A stretch of 64,000 nucleotides of DNA from Myxococcota bacterium (GCA_963674735.2 CAXXQS010000001.1:512001-576000); one strand, 5' to 3'. Positions 29,182-40,049 are shown, numbered from the stretch's first letter. Translations and numbers: made by a program. Notes: generated by a model from the letters alone, not told the origin.

Positions 29182-30309
29182 GTGCAATCAGTATATCGCT
29201 TTACCCATCCGCCATTCAACAAGAAGAACGAAAACAGCCCCGGCAAAGACTCTCCTTGGCTTGATGTCAACGATATCAAGCAGAGGGTAAGTGTCGAAAT
29301 GGTTTTGAGCCGCTATGGCATTTTGGGGGCATTGAAGCGCAAGGGGCCGCGATTGTCGGGACGCTCGCCGTTTCGGGAGGAGCAGAAGGCGTCGTTTTTC
29401 GTCGATACCGAAAAAGGCATCTGGAACGACTTCGGCGGGCGACCGGAGATCGATGGGAGGGAAGTGCCCGGCAATGTGATCGGTCTCGTGCAGGCGCTGG
29501 AAGTCTGCTCGTTTCGGGAAGCGTTGCTCACGATAAATCGCGATTTCATCGAAAGCCAGAGTCAGCAGGATTCGAAATCGACTGGCGATCAGGAAAAGCC
29601 TTCCGATCCTCAACCGATGGATGAATCGCCAAAGAATTCCGATGCGGAAAAGACTCTACCGACCACCAACGCCCCTTTTGGGAAGGAGCTTGGCGGGCTT
29701 CGGTTTGATGTACCCTACCTGCTAAACAAGGGTATCACGGAGGAGACGGCCAAAGCCTTCGGCGTGGGTTACTGCTCTCGGGGTTTGATGAAGAGCCGAG
29801 TGGTGTTTCCGGTGCGGAATCGCAACGGCGCAATCATGGCCTATGCCGGTCGCTCGCTGAAAGAAGGCGCAGACGACAAGTACCGTTTTCCGGCTGGCTT
29901 CAATAAGAGTCTGGAGCTTTTTAACATCGACCGGATAGCCAATGACGCCGAGGCGAAAAAGGCCACCCGCGACTTCGGGATCATCCTCGTGGAAGGCTTC
30001 ACCGATGCGATGAAGCTCAGTCAGGAGGGGTTTCCGAACGTCGTGGCGCTGATGGGAACGGATTTTCACGAGGCGCAGAAGAATCTATTGCTCGACCCTG
30101 ATATCAACCCTACACGGCGCTTGACGCTGTTTTTGGACGACAATGAAGCGGGACATCGCGGCAAGCGCAAGATCGCGCAGCAGTGCATTCACGATGCCTT
30201 CATTCGCTATGTCGACTATACCCGCGCAGGTGATGCGGCTAAAACCGAGCCGGAGCACTTTATCAAAGACGAATTCACCGCAATATTAGGCTTTCATTTA
30301 TCTCATTAA
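29182..30309 (+). CDS. DnaG-like primase (degenerate Zn finger + TOPRIM)
   Basis: SPFREEQKASF...WNDFG; RVVFPV...YAGR...KY; ILVEGFTDA; VALMGT; LFLDDNEAG. Start uncertain; GTG 29182 chosen to avoid overlap. Confidence 0.8.
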   Translation: MQSVYRFTHPPFNKKNENSPGKDSPWLDVNDIKQRVSVEMVLSRYGILGALKRKGPRLSGRSPFREEQKASFFVDTEKGIWNDFGGRPEIDGREVPGNVIGLVQALEVCSFREALLTINRDFIESQSQQDSKSTGDQEKPSDPQPMDESPKNSDAEKTLPTTNAPFGKELGGLRFDVPYLLNKGITEETAKAFGVGYCSRGLMKSRVVFPVRNRNGAIMAYAGRSLKEGADDKYRFPAGFNKSLELFNIDRIANDAEAKKATRDFGIILVEGFTDAMKLSQEGFPNVVALMGTDFHEAQKNLLLDPDINPTRRLTLFLDDNEAGHRGKRKIAQQCIHDAFIRYVDYTRAGDAAKTEPEHFIKDEFTAILGFHLSH

Positions 30310-30328
30310 CCCCCAAACCCCCAAACCT

Positions 30329-30640
30329 ATGAAAAAACATCTATGCAATTGCGATAAGGGCGACTGTCCGCTCGATTGGGACGGGCAGGAGATCGCCTTC
30401 GACCATCCCGACAGCAACAACTTTTTCGATCCGACGCGGAAAATGTTCGTCGCTACCCGAAACGCTCTGCACGAATTCGAGCGTGACGTCATCATGGCGG
30501 CGCACGTGCTGCTATTCCGCGAGGCGATCACTCACGGCGGTCTCGATTATCTGCAAACCTTCCGCGACAAGGACGGCAGGCGGCTGTGGTTTATTGAGGA
30601 CGGGCAGGCGATCACGGCGCTCCTGCCGGAGGATTATTAG
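30329..30640 (+). CDS. Hypothetical mobile-element protein
   Basis: C-terminal GLDYLQ...TALLPEDY resembles small plasmid/ICE proteins. Confidence 0.6.
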   Translation: MKKHLCNCDKGDCPLDWDGQEIAFDHPDSNNFFDPTRKMFVATRNALHEFERDVIMAAHVLLFREAITHGGLDYLQTFRDKDGRRLWFIEDGQAITALLPEDY

Positions 30641-30875
30641 CGGTCTGACAAGCGTCGAGGTATCGGAGACCTTCAACCAGAATCTCTTGTCCAACCTGTT
30701 TTTTTCAGATCAACGGATTGTTTTTGAAAAACATTGGCGTGAGCGATGTGCCGCGCATGGACTTGATAGATATTTGGGGAATTATCGGGGACTGAAATTG
30801 ATCTTGCCCCCGATGAGGACCAGACGTATGATCCAAGTTTTCAACAAGCATACTAAAAAAACGAAAGGTATGATC

Positions 30876-31403
30876 ATGTCACTTTTGAAAATAGTGAAGC
30901 CTGAAAAAGCCACAGGTGACGTAAAAAATGCGTACGATCAAATGCAGGCAGCGGCAGGCATGGTGCCCTTGCCGTTGCAGATGTACTCCATCAGCCCGCC
31001 ACACTTGAATGGCGTGATGCAGAGCATGGAGTATTACATGAACCACCCCACCTTGAATCCAGTTCTACTTGCGCAGATTCGCTTGATGGCCGCCGACCGC
31101 TGTGATCATCCCTACTGCGTGGAATTCAATTCATCCATGCTTAAAAATTTCGCCGGGTTGAATGAGCAACAGATCGCGGACTTCATGGGCGACCCAACCA
31201 GCATTTCCACGACGGAAAAAGACAAAGCACTTCTGGCTTTCGTGAGCAAAGCCATGAAAGACCCGGATTCCACCGAAGCGGGTGAGATCGAACAACTGAA
31301 GGGTCTCGGATGGACCGACCAGGATATTTACGATGCGATGTCCATGGCGGCGAACATGGTGACCAGCAGCATCCTCTTCCGTGCCTTCAAAATCGGCGAA
31401 TAG
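30876..31403 (+). CDS. AhpD/carboxymuconolactone decarboxylase-family protein
   Basis: PEKATGDVKNAY...CDHPYC...LKGLGWTDQDI; true start placed at MSLL. Confidence 0.7.
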   Translation: MSLLKIVKPEKATGDVKNAYDQMQAAAGMVPLPLQMYSISPPHLNGVMQSMEYYMNHPTLNPVLLAQIRLMAADRCDHPYCVEFNSSMLKNFAGLNEQQIADFMGDPTSISTTEKDKALLAFVSKAMKDPDSTEAGEIEQLKGLGWTDQDIYDAMSMAANMVTSSILFRAFKIGE

Positions 31404-31434
31404 GAAGGACACACTATTCATTCAATCACTCTTC

Positions 31435-31468
31435 CACCGCTCCCGGCGAAATGCTGGGGGCGGTTTTT
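31435..31468 (+). terminator. Probable rho-independent terminator
   Basis: ACCGCTCCCGGC-gaaat-GCTGGGGGCGGT followed by a T run. Confidence 0.5.
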
Positions 31469-31575
31469 GTGTGTTATGGGGACATCCTTCCCGAAAACGC
31501 CATCCAAGTCAATCCGGCGTTGATCGCTCGGTGAGAAGCGACTTCATGAGCTTGGAGAAGATGGAAAATGACGAA

Positions 31576-32757
31576 TCAGGCACCTGCATTCATTCCCTCG
31601 CTTAAGCGGCTTACCGTATCAACGAGATCCAGCCAATCCTTTGTAAGGCTATAATAGCGGATTCGGTTTCCTGCCTTGTAAGGCTGTACGAATTTGTCCG
31701 AGACCCACTCCTTTAGCCAATCGTAGGCGGTCTGCTTGGAAATGTCGAACCAGTCCATGACATCGCCGGGAACGAAGATCAGTTCGTCGTCGGGGGCATT
31801 GGCGCGACGAGCCGTTAAGCGCATGAGCAACTGTTGCTGACGCTTGGACAAGGTCGTCCAGGGGGCGTCATCGGGACGCTGTTTCTGATACAACCCCACC
31901 GCCTTCTCGCGAATCTCCTCGGCAGCTCGTCCGAGGATAGCGATGAAATACTCCAGCCAGGGCGTATGATCCGGATCGTGGCGGCCATCATAGAAATCCA
32001 CAGGAAGATCCATTTGCAGGTTATCGTAATAAGCGTCTCGAGTTTCGTCGTAGAACTCCTCGACGGAAATGAAACCTTGCATGTAGTAGCCGGATCGCCA
32101 CAGTTCCGCCGTGGCCAGGGCGCGGGTGGTTCGACCGTTACCGTCGTCAAACGGATGGATGCTGACGAAGCGATGAGCCAGAAGCGACGCACGCACGGGA
32201 CCGGGTAGCGCAGCTGCCTCTTTCGAATTCAGCCAATCTGTCAGGTTTTTCATCAATTTGGGTACGTCTTCCGGACGAGGTGGAGCGTATTCGATCACTC
32301 GTGTGGCGGTATCCACGATGGGGCATTCGCCCTTACGATACATGCTTTTCTTTCGTCGTCCTCCGCCCGTTCGAACCATAATCAGTCCGTGCAGGGTTTT
32401 GATGAAATCTTCCGTGATGACCGTTGATTCATTGACCTTGTTCTCCAGCCACTCCAAAGCACGCCAGTAATTGCGGACTTCCTGAGCGTGTTCGGTGGGA
32501 GAGCGGTCGCTTCCGGCGACGGCCTTCAAAACTTCACGATGGTTAAGCGGATTGCCTTCGATGGCTACTGACCCCCGTGACGCTTTCTGTCGGGCGACCT
32601 GCTTCAATTCCAGTACACCTGCGGGAGGAAGCGGAAGCACATCCACGACTTTGCGAGCGCCTTCCACTGCCATCAGGCCGGTAACCATGTCATCGGTGTA
32701 GCTGAACCGAGCCTTGAATTTTTGTCTTTCGTTCGTCATTCCGTTCTTATTTTCCAT
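31576..32757 (-). CDS. Fic-domain protein
   Basis: Canonical HPFDDGNGRTTR motif, inhibitory-type SVAIEGN motif, C-terminal HTH-like region. Confidence 0.92.
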   Translation of the reverse strand: MENKNGMTNERQKFKARFSYTDDMVTGLMAVEGARKVVDVLPLPPAGVLELKQVARQKASRGSVAIEGNPLNHREVLKAVAGSDRSPTEHAQEVRNYWRALEWLENKVNESTVITEDFIKTLHGLIMVRTGGGRRKKSMYRKGECPIVDTATRVIEYAPPRPEDVPKLMKNLTDWLNSKEAAALPGPVRASLLAHRFVSIHPFDDGNGRTTRALATAELWRSGYYMQGFISVEEFYDETRDAYYDNLQMDLPVDFYDGRHDPDHTPWLEYFIAILGRAAEEIREKAVGLYQKQRPDDAPWTTLSKRQQQLLMRLTARRANAPDDELIFVPGDVMDWFDISKQTAYDWLKEWVSDKFVQPYKAGNRIRYYSLTKDWLDLVDTVSRLSEGMNAGA

Positions 32758-33083
32758 AATGAAGTAGTCTTATTTAAGGAACAATCGAAGCTTAACATAT
32801 TCGAAAGAACATGTAAATACGACATATTGCAAGATTGCCGCGGCAGCCTCTTCCTTGAGAAAGCACCGAAACACTAGTCTTATTTCACTTGCAATTCTGA
32901 CCTATTCGTCCTACGCCCACGGAAACGATGCGTCCGTTTTCAGGTTTTGGGGCTGAAACAACGTTCCCCCAGTGTAAGGCTTCCAAGAAAAAGCCAAGGA
33001 TTTGCTCCGGTGAATTCCTCCGTGACTTTTTCTCTCTGGGAAGCCCTTTCGAGGGAGGCGTTTAGTTTCTAACCCCCAATACC

Positions 33084-33305
33084 ATGACTACACGAACCGC
33101 AACCGACATCCGCAAGGATATACAGGATGCCAGCGCAAGATACCGCGACATTCGAAAACACGGCGACAACGCCCTCAACTTCGGCGACCGGATGACGGGT
33201 AATACCGCTATAGCCGCTCGCAATTACCTCGACAGCATGATCCGCATGCTTCACGGCGAATACGAGCAGGCCACACGCCACGGCGAGCAACTCTCTCTGT
33301 TCTAG
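33084..33305 (+). CDS. Small helical hypothetical protein ending in QLSLF
   Basis: Paralogous to the next ORF (DIRKDIQDA vs DIRRDLQQA; ATRHGEQL vs ATKYGEQL). Confidence 0.7.
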   Translation: MTTRTATDIRKDIQDASARYRDIRKHGDNALNFGDRMTGNTAIAARNYLDSMIRMLHGEYEQATRHGEQLSLF

Positions 33306-33337
33306 CGCCGCAAATTTACTCTATAATTCAAACAACC

Positions 33338-33565
33338 ATGAAAAAACGTTCAATCGACGACATTCGCAGGGATCTCCAACAGGCCGAAGCCCGACACGAC
33401 CGCATCGAACGGCTTGGAGAAAAGGCAATCAGCGACTACGACCTGATGATGGGCTACGGTGTCGAGTTCAATTTGAAACTTGCGTCCAACCACATCGCCT
33501 ACTACCGAAACGAACTAGAAGAAGCTACTAAATACGGAGAACAGCTGAAACTCTTCGAGTCATGA
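33338..33565 (+). CDS. Small helical hypothetical protein ending in QLKLFES
   Basis: Paralog of 33084-33305. Confidence 0.7.
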   Translation: MKKRSIDDIRRDLQQAEARHDRIERLGEKAISDYDLMMGYGVEFNLKLASNHIAYYRNELEEATKYGEQLKLFES

Positions 33566-34399
33566 GCCTTTCATGGCGTTCACGACCTGGTCGAAGACGG
33601 GTCTCGTTTCCTTCAGGATCATCGTAACCTCCTCCGTTTCAAGCATGGGATCGAGCATAACAGCGGCATTGAGGAAGCGATAGGCAAGGAAGTGGTCATG
33701 CTTTTTGTAGTAGATCATACCGAGGAAGAAGTTGAGCAGTGGATCGTCCTCTCTGCCGGGAAAGAGCTCGGAAAAATGCGTAAGCGCTTCATCATTCTGA
33801 CCGAGTATGAAGAGATTTATGAAGAGATTGACGGCCAGAGTTTGTTTGGTGCCGATATCTGGCTGAAGCTCATAGACCTTGCGATTGTGAGGTAAAGCTT
33901 TTTCCATGTCTATGGGAAATTCATTGATGAGCTGTCCCATATAGAGCAGACCGAGGTTGTTGTGAGCGTCGAGATTATCGGGATCGAGTTCGATAGCTTT
34001 TTCGAAATTGGCGACGGAGGAATCGAGATCGCGTTCATAGAGATTCACCTGACCGGCGAAGGAATAATGCGCCGATTCCTCAGGCGTAAACAACTTGCTG
34101 GCTTCATTGTAGAAACCGGCAGTGACGTTAATTTCCCCCAGTCCTTCATAAGCCATCGCAAGGTTTTTGTAGATGATGGAGCGGGTGAGGATGTCATCAC
34201 TTTCCACCAGCAGGTCGGCTCTATCCAGATTTTTGATTGCTTCTTCGTAATCACCGGAGAGGATCATATAAAGCGCCTCATCGGTCAATGCAACGGCTCT
34301 GTCGTGGTGATAATCCGAAGTTTGATTTTTAAGGACAATCCCAAAAGCCATAGCCAAAATGAGAACAATGATTATGAGCAAGAGATGCTTAGCTTTCAT
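33560..34399 (-). CDS. Membrane-anchored/exported TPR-repeat protein
   Basis: N-terminal hydrophobic helix; FEKAIELDPDNLDAHNNLG TPR motif; start placed at ATG 34399. Confidence 0.8.
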   Translation of the reverse strand: MKAKHLLLIIIVLILAMAFGIVLKNQTSDYHHDRAVALTDEALYMILSGDYEEAIKNLDRADLLVESDDILTRSIIYKNLAMAYEGLGEINVTAGFYNEASKLFTPEESAHYSFAGQVNLYERDLDSSVANFEKAIELDPDNLDAHNNLGLLYMGQLINEFPIDMEKALPHNRKVYELQPDIGTKQTLAVNLFINLFILGQNDEALTHFSELFPGREDDPLLNFFLGMIYYKKHDHFLAYRFLNAAVMLDPMLETEEVTMILKETRPVFDQVVNAMKGS

Positions 34400-35144
34400 G
34401 CTGGTTTCGGTTGTCGGAAAAGAATTCGTCCACGTGCAAGGCGAGGTCGTAGGATTTTGCAACTTTCCTCAGTCTGTGTATGGCATCAGCCTTGGAATAG
34501 AGGATGGTTGCAACAACGATAGTGCCTTCGAAGCTACAGCAGAAAAACGGATACGAATTCACCAGTGTTTTTATACTGGCATGTTCCTTTCGGCTAATCT
34601 CGCTAGGACTGAACAAAAGGTAACCGAAAGTTCTGAAATCGATTTGATGAAGATCGCTCGGAGACAAATCTTTATTCCTTGCGGAAAATATATAATTATT
34701 CCAATTGGCTGAGTGGTCGTAATACTTCTCCAGTAGTTCCTTGTTGCTTCCAATAGAGTAGGTGAAACCATCATTGAAACGATCATCCACCAGCCTGATT
34801 TTATCCTTCTCGAATTCCTCTTTGAGTAAACGTTCATATTTTCTGCGAGCAAAATAAAAAAACGATCCTTCAAGGAAGTTGTCTTTGGTCCTCATCCACG
34901 AATAGCGAAATTCTCCAGTATGGAAATAGATATTGTCGTCTGGTAAAAGAGTGCGGATGCCATCGTACAGCATTTGCACGGATTCATAATAGCCGATTAC
35001 GTAGCTAAGATTGGTTGATGAATTATCATATTCAAGACGGCCATCTTTGCTTGCGACCTTGTCGTATAACGATATAAACAGTATACCATCCCTTTCGGAC
35101 AGTTCTGTGTACCAGTCGATGATTGGTTTTATTGTATTATTCAT
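34389..35144 (-). CDS. Hypothetical protein (AT-rich, possible immunity protein)
   Basis: 251-aa ORF immediately downstream of the secreted protein 35160-36566. Confidence 0.6.
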   Translation of the reverse strand: MNNTIKPIIDWYTELSERDGILFISLYDKVASKDGRLEYDNSSTNLSYVIGYYESVQMLYDGIRTLLPDDNIYFHTGEFRYSWMRTKDNFLEGSFFYFARRKYERLLKEEFEKDKIRLVDDRFNDGFTYSIGSNKELLEKYYDHSANWNNYIFSARNKDLSPSDLHQIDFRTFGYLLFSPSEISRKEHASIKTLVNSYPFFCCSFEGTIVVATILYSKADAIHRLRKVAKSYDLALHVDEFFSDNRNQHES

Positions 35145-35159
35145 AGATGCTTTATTAGG

Positions 35160-36566
35160 TTACCAGAATTTAAAGTTGTTCAGTAGTGCTTTGCCTTGAT
35201 CCAAAATCACCTCTCCCGCTTTCGAGCCTGCAACATATCCGGCAATCCCGCCCGCTACGGCCCCGACCATTCCTCCGGCAATCGCTCCCAGCGGGCCGCC
35301 AACTGCCAATCCTGCACTCGCGAACGCCGAAGCGCCCACATGTGCCACAGCCGCTGCTCCCGCCCATCCTCCGGCGACACGGGCGACTTCCTTTGGTCTA
35401 TCTTCTGCCTTGTAAATATTGTAAGTGTCTGCGGCTGCGCCAACGATGAACCCGGCAATACCAAGATATCTGATAGCCTTTGCAAAATTGAAGGGAAGGC
35501 CTTTGTTCCCTGTATTGGCTAACCAGCGAAGAAATTTGCTCTTTGCAGTGATTTTGACGTTAGTCGATCCAACCGGATCATGGTTGACTCTGAAATTGCC
35601 ATGATTTCCTTTCTGGTTTAGGTGAAAAGCCATCCGGTTTTCTTTCGATATCTCGTGATAATCCAAGGCGATGAATTCTTTCGGATTTTCGCTTTTAAAT
35701 ATCTTTGCGAGGAATGAACTTCGTTTCTTTTCTGAGGTTTCAATCGTATCCATCGTAAACGTGTATTTCTCGCCCATACCATAAACAGGAGCCTTGATCT
35801 TGGTAGCCACACCCGTCCCGACCGCTGTGGCTTCGGGCAAATCGTCGAGGGCAAACTTTTTCACGGTCACGTTCGAAGACGCTGCCTGATTGTCGGAAGT
35901 TCTTTCCATAGCGCTGACCGGTGCCGAAAGGGACGTATCCGTGGAAGTTCGGTCATCACCTGAGGCGTCATCACTGACAGTGGTGTCAGTTTCAAACACA
36001 GGTGTATAGCGATACTTCGTGTTTAACTCCTCGCTTGTAATTGCTCTGCTCTTCACCTCTTCATTTGCCGTGGTTGAATGAGCGGAAGACCCGTTCGCAG
36101 GTGCAGCAATTTGCGAGGTTTCGTCATTGTCTGTAATCGTGTCGAATATTTCATCCGCATCGCCTTCTCTTGCTTCAATGATCCTTTCGATACCGCCTGA
36201 TTGGCGTAATTGCTCCAGCGCTTCAATCTGCAAGGCTTCCAGCGATTCAAGCTCTTTCTGGAGCTGAGTTCTTTTGACTACATCGCTTGTTTTAGTGATC
36301 AATCTTTCGGCATCCGCGATCTGCATACAGAGCTGATCGGCCTTGATCTGATTGAGGATCGCCGTGGATAAGCCGGGATTGGTCGGATCAAGATAATCCG
36401 AAAGGGGCCGATTCGGAACCTGGGTTCGGTCGTAATTGAGGTCTGCTTTGTAGTTTTCGCAGTAACCGCTGGGGGGATATGGAATAGCTGCCAACGTAAG
36501 ATCCGCCGCGTGGGAAACGAGGAAAATAATAGCGAGGGCGCCTGAGATAAGCTTTCTCAAGCACAT
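35160..36566 (-). CDS. Secreted protein with C-terminal glycine-zipper hydrophobic domain
   Basis: Signal peptide, coiled coil, low-complexity linker, C-terminal GGWAGAAA...GAIAGGMVGAVAGGIAG. Confidence 0.7.
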   Translation of the reverse strand: MCLRKLISGALAIIFLVSHAADLTLAAIPYPPSGYCENYKADLNYDRTQVPNRPLSDYLDPTNPGLSTAILNQIKADQLCMQIADAERLITKTSDVVKRTQLQKELESLEALQIEALEQLRQSGGIERIIEAREGDADEIFDTITDNDETSQIAAPANGSSAHSTTANEEVKSRAITSEELNTKYRYTPVFETDTTVSDDASGDDRTSTDTSLSAPVSAMERTSDNQAASSNVTVKKFALDDLPEATAVGTGVATKIKAPVYGMGEKYTFTMDTIETSEKKRSSFLAKIFKSENPKEFIALDYHEISKENRMAFHLNQKGNHGNFRVNHDPVGSTNVKITAKSKFLRWLANTGNKGLPFNFAKAIRYLGIAGFIVGAAADTYNIYKAEDRPKEVARVAGGWAGAAAVAHVGASAFASAGLAVGGPLGAIAGGMVGAVAGGIAGYVAGSKAGEVILDQGKALLNNFKFW

Positions 36567-36726
36567 AAGAGTAGAAGATTAAAGCCTTGAACGGCTCGCG
36601 ATTATCGGGCGGAATCAAAGGCATTATAAAGGATGCTACAATTCTTGAAAAGAGGAACGTATCGTTGCAGTTGACTAGTTCAATGCAAAATGCGTATGAT
36701 AGGGCTGTCTGTAAAACAAAAATCCC

Positions 36727-39663
36727 ATGAAAAACAAAACCATTAAAAGCGGCTTCAGTCTTATGGAGCTGATCGTCGTCGTTGCAATCATCGGCGCGCT
36801 CTCCGGTGCGGCGTATCTTGGCGTGCAGGGCGCGAAGCGAAGCAGCATGAACAATAAGATGTTGGCCGATCTGGTTGCGATTGCCAACGGTCTAGACCAG
36901 TACAGGCGTGATCACAACAATTCCTATCCCATCCCCGAACCGGGCACGAACATGAATGTGAACTGCTACTATGCCGATGCCACCTATGCCCATGACTGCG
37001 AGGAAGCCTCTTTCATTCAAGGCATGATCGACAACAGTCTGCTCGGCGTGAAGTATCTTCAGGAAGTTCCTACCGATCCCCGCACCGGTAGCCGCTACGC
37101 TTACGGGGTGAGCAAAGACGGAAAATACTTTCAGGTCGCCGGAGTGTGGGATGATGGAGGTTCGTATGAAGCCCGGACTGCCGAAAATATTGCGAAGGGG
37201 TTTCATTTGCCAAGCCTGATCCGCTCTTACGACAGCCCCAACTTCGTAGTCGATAAAGGCGAGTATCTGCCGTATAGCCCCGATCATCTGGTGTTTACGG
37301 CCAAACTACAGCGTTTCGAGGGAGTGACGATCATCAGTGACGGTTCGGAGATTACCGATCCTGACAAGATTAGAGAACTCGTTCTTGCCACTGGCGATAC
37401 GGTCGAAACCGGCGATACAGGTTTTGCTGATATCTATTTCGGTGACGGGTCCGTATCTCATCTGGATGGCGAAAGCTCACTCGTATTATCAGACATGATC
37501 GTGGGGCAGAATGATGAGAAAAATCTTATCACCAGAATCAAGTTGTTTCTCAGTCGGGGAAAGGTATGGAACAAGGTGGTTCGTCTGGCCAGTGATTCCG
37601 AGTTCAACATCGAAACCAGTGAAGCAATAGCAGGTGTAAGAGGAACGGAGTTCAAAGTGGATGCCGATCATGTAGAGATGATCGTGCGATCAGGCAAGGT
37701 GGGTGTCTATGAAAAACCGGAATCAGAATCGGAAAAGAGTGTTGGAATTCTTATTGCAATGATCGCCGATGGCACACAAGGTGATTACATCGACATCACC
37801 CCGGATGCTCCTAAGAAGGTCACCGGATTGAGCGTGGTTACAACTCCAGATTCTGCCGAGGTCGAAGAAGATTACCACTCCGCCTTTCCGAAAGTGCTCA
37901 ACAATACTGTCGTTCCGCGTATTTTGAAGGCGGGCGGAAGTACCGTCACGCTTGAAAAGATAGAAATGCCCTTCACCCAAGTCTACTCGACTCTTTCCGA
38001 CAACACGCCCCTTTCTTTTACAACGGATAGCGTAACCGGGAATTATACGGTTTCCTATATACCTTCCGCAGATCCTGTACGATTCTATTTTCAGGATGTA
38101 TCCGGCAATCGTTCGGGCTTGAGCATTCAAACCGTCTTGAACGATCTGAGCGAGGAAATCAGTTTCGAGGATGCTGTGGATACCCCCGGTGACAAGCCTA
38201 AGGCGAAATGGGATCTTCCAACTCCTCCATCACGGCTGGTGGCGGGAACCACGGATAACAATTTCAGTTTTACGGCGGCGGTACTGAACCAACAGGAACT
38301 TGAGGAAGAATTGGAAGAAGGAGAGTTTTTGTCTTACAAGCTCATTATCTACACTCCTTCGATTTGCCTGAATCGGGATACAAACACCGACTTCAGCATG
38401 GAAGGCGAGTTTGCCATCAATCCCTTGACCGTGGGCAAATGCGTTTATGCCGTCGAGGTCGGTGCAGGCGAGCTCTATCCCGATCATTTCGATTATTCCT
38501 TCGGTACCTCCACACCGGCAAAAAGTGTGGAAGTGATTACCAAAGATGCCTTTGATATTTCCTTTGCGGTAAAGACCGGCGCGGATTGCGCCACGGGTCA
38601 GATGCTGGAAAGCTGGGATAAGAAGAATCTGTCGGGCGGAACGCACGCGGCCTTCGGAGACATCAAACTTCTTCTCTGTGCCGATCCTTCCAGTGAGGAT
38701 GGTGAAGTCAGCTATCAATGGGGCAGTGGTTACGGCATGATCGAAGATGAAACGGCAAAGGAAACTTTCATCACCGTTCCAAAAGGCGATATTGCTGGAA
38801 GCGAAGATGGTCTTGTTTTCGACATTAGCCTTACGGCGAGCAACGAAAGCCATACAGTTGACACGAAAACCCAAAGCTATCATCTGATACCGCCAACGGT
38901 ATCGTCTGTATCTCTTTCTGTCGTGGGACAGAGCATGGTCAGACAGAAGGAAAACCTTAACCTTAAAGCGGAAATCAGCGACAGTGCATTTGACGCTCTG
39001 ACTCCTGAAGAGAAAAATGTAACCAATAACTGCACTTGGGAAGTATCCGGTAGTTCATCGTGGAATGTGGCTGCTTATACGGATACACTTCAAATTCCTG
39101 AAGATGCAGCAAGCGGTGAGTACACAATCACTTGCACGATTCCATACCTGCTGTATTTCAATGTGGCCGAATCCCCACTGATTGCCACTACAACCTTTAC
39201 GATACCCGCACCGGAAAATCCTTTCCTTGTGGCCTGTGTGGGTGACGCCACCGACACCGACAGGAGTGGTGATGAAGCTAGCGGCTACAAAAACTCGAAC
39301 AAGAACACCTACTATACCCCTGGCGGAGAATGCTGGGCTCTAGGAAATGCAAAAGCCAGCGTTGGCGAAAATTGTACAACTACTTGTGGGAATATCGGTT
39401 TGGGTTGTGAAGATGGAAGCTGGAATGATACCAGCAATATCTGTCGAACCTTGGTCGGAGACGAGACTGGTACATCGCCAGATGGCGGAACGGTTGCCAA
39501 AAATTATGCTCCGGTATGGGTGCTCAACGATTCAATCACTCCTGCTGCAAACGAATGTAGAACTAGAAGCACAACTCTTCCGTTTGGAATCGCTACTGCC
39601 TCCTGTTCATCCCCAACATTCGATCAATATGAAAGAAGAATCTGCAAATGTGTCTCGCAATAA
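36727..39663 (+). CDS. Large type IV prepilin-like protein with FecR domain and Cys-rich C-terminus
   Basis: GFSLMELIVV N-methylation motif; VPTDP pilin motif; GKVW...FNIETSEAIAGVRGTEF (FecR). Confidence 0.85.
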   Translation: MKNKTIKSGFSLMELIVVVAIIGALSGAAYLGVQGAKRSSMNNKMLADLVAIANGLDQYRRDHNNSYPIPEPGTNMNVNCYYADATYAHDCEEASFIQGMIDNSLLGVKYLQEVPTDPRTGSRYAYGVSKDGKYFQVAGVWDDGGSYEARTAENIAKGFHLPSLIRSYDSPNFVVDKGEYLPYSPDHLVFTAKLQRFEGVTIISDGSEITDPDKIRELVLATGDTVETGDTGFADIYFGDGSVSHLDGESSLVLSDMIVGQNDEKNLITRIKLFLSRGKVWNKVVRLASDSEFNIETSEAIAGVRGTEFKVDADHVEMIVRSGKVGVYEKPESESEKSVGILIAMIADGTQGDYIDITPDAPKKVTGLSVVTTPDSAEVEEDYHSAFPKVLNNTVVPRILKAGGSTVTLEKIEMPFTQVYSTLSDNTPLSFTTDSVTGNYTVSYIPSADPVRFYFQDVSGNRSGLSIQTVLNDLSEEISFEDAVDTPGDKPKAKWDLPTPPSRLVAGTTDNNFSFTAAVLNQQELEEELEEGEFLSYKLIIYTPSICLNRDTNTDFSMEGEFAINPLTVGKCVYAVEVGAGELYPDHFDYSFGTSTPAKSVEVITKDAFDISFAVKTGADCATGQMLESWDKKNLSGGTHAAFGDIKLLLCADPSSEDGEVSYQWGSGYGMIEDETAKETFITVPKGDIAGSEDGLVFDISLTASNESHTVDTKTQSYHLIPPTVSSVSLSVVGQSMVRQKENLNLKAEISDSAFDALTPEEKNVTNNCTWEVSGSSSWNVAAYTDTLQIPEDAASGEYTITCTIPYLLYFNVAESPLIATTTFTIPAPENPFLVACVGDATDTDRSGDEASGYKNSNKNTYYTPGGECWALGNAKASVGENCTTTCGNIGLGCEDGSWNDTSNICRTLVGDETGTSPDGGTVAKNYAPVWVLNDSITPAANECRTRSTTLPFGIATASCSSPTFDQYERRICKCVSQ

Positions 39664-40049
39664 GTCCTCTATTCGTAAACTTCATATTCTCTCCGATGAA
39701 AATTCTGCTGCGACGATATGATTGTCGGCTGCAATGAATATGTATAGACTGACAGTGCTTTCACGTTATCCTCTTCGCTCTCCGCAACCGAAAGATAACG
39801 GGGAGTTTTCTATTACAAGTTAAATTCGGACCTCATGCCATTCATTGACGAAGTTCAGCCATTCAAAAAGGCCAAAAAGAAAAAGGTGCCAGAATCTCAG
39901 TCACGCTTTAAAAGAATTCCGTCCAGCCGCCTCCACAATCAGCAAAGACGGAAAGCTCAAAATAGCTGACAGGGATTCCTAGACTATTCGCTGTACCAGG
40001 GGGGAACACTTAAAATGAATTAACCCAATATCGGAATCTTTCTGATTAT

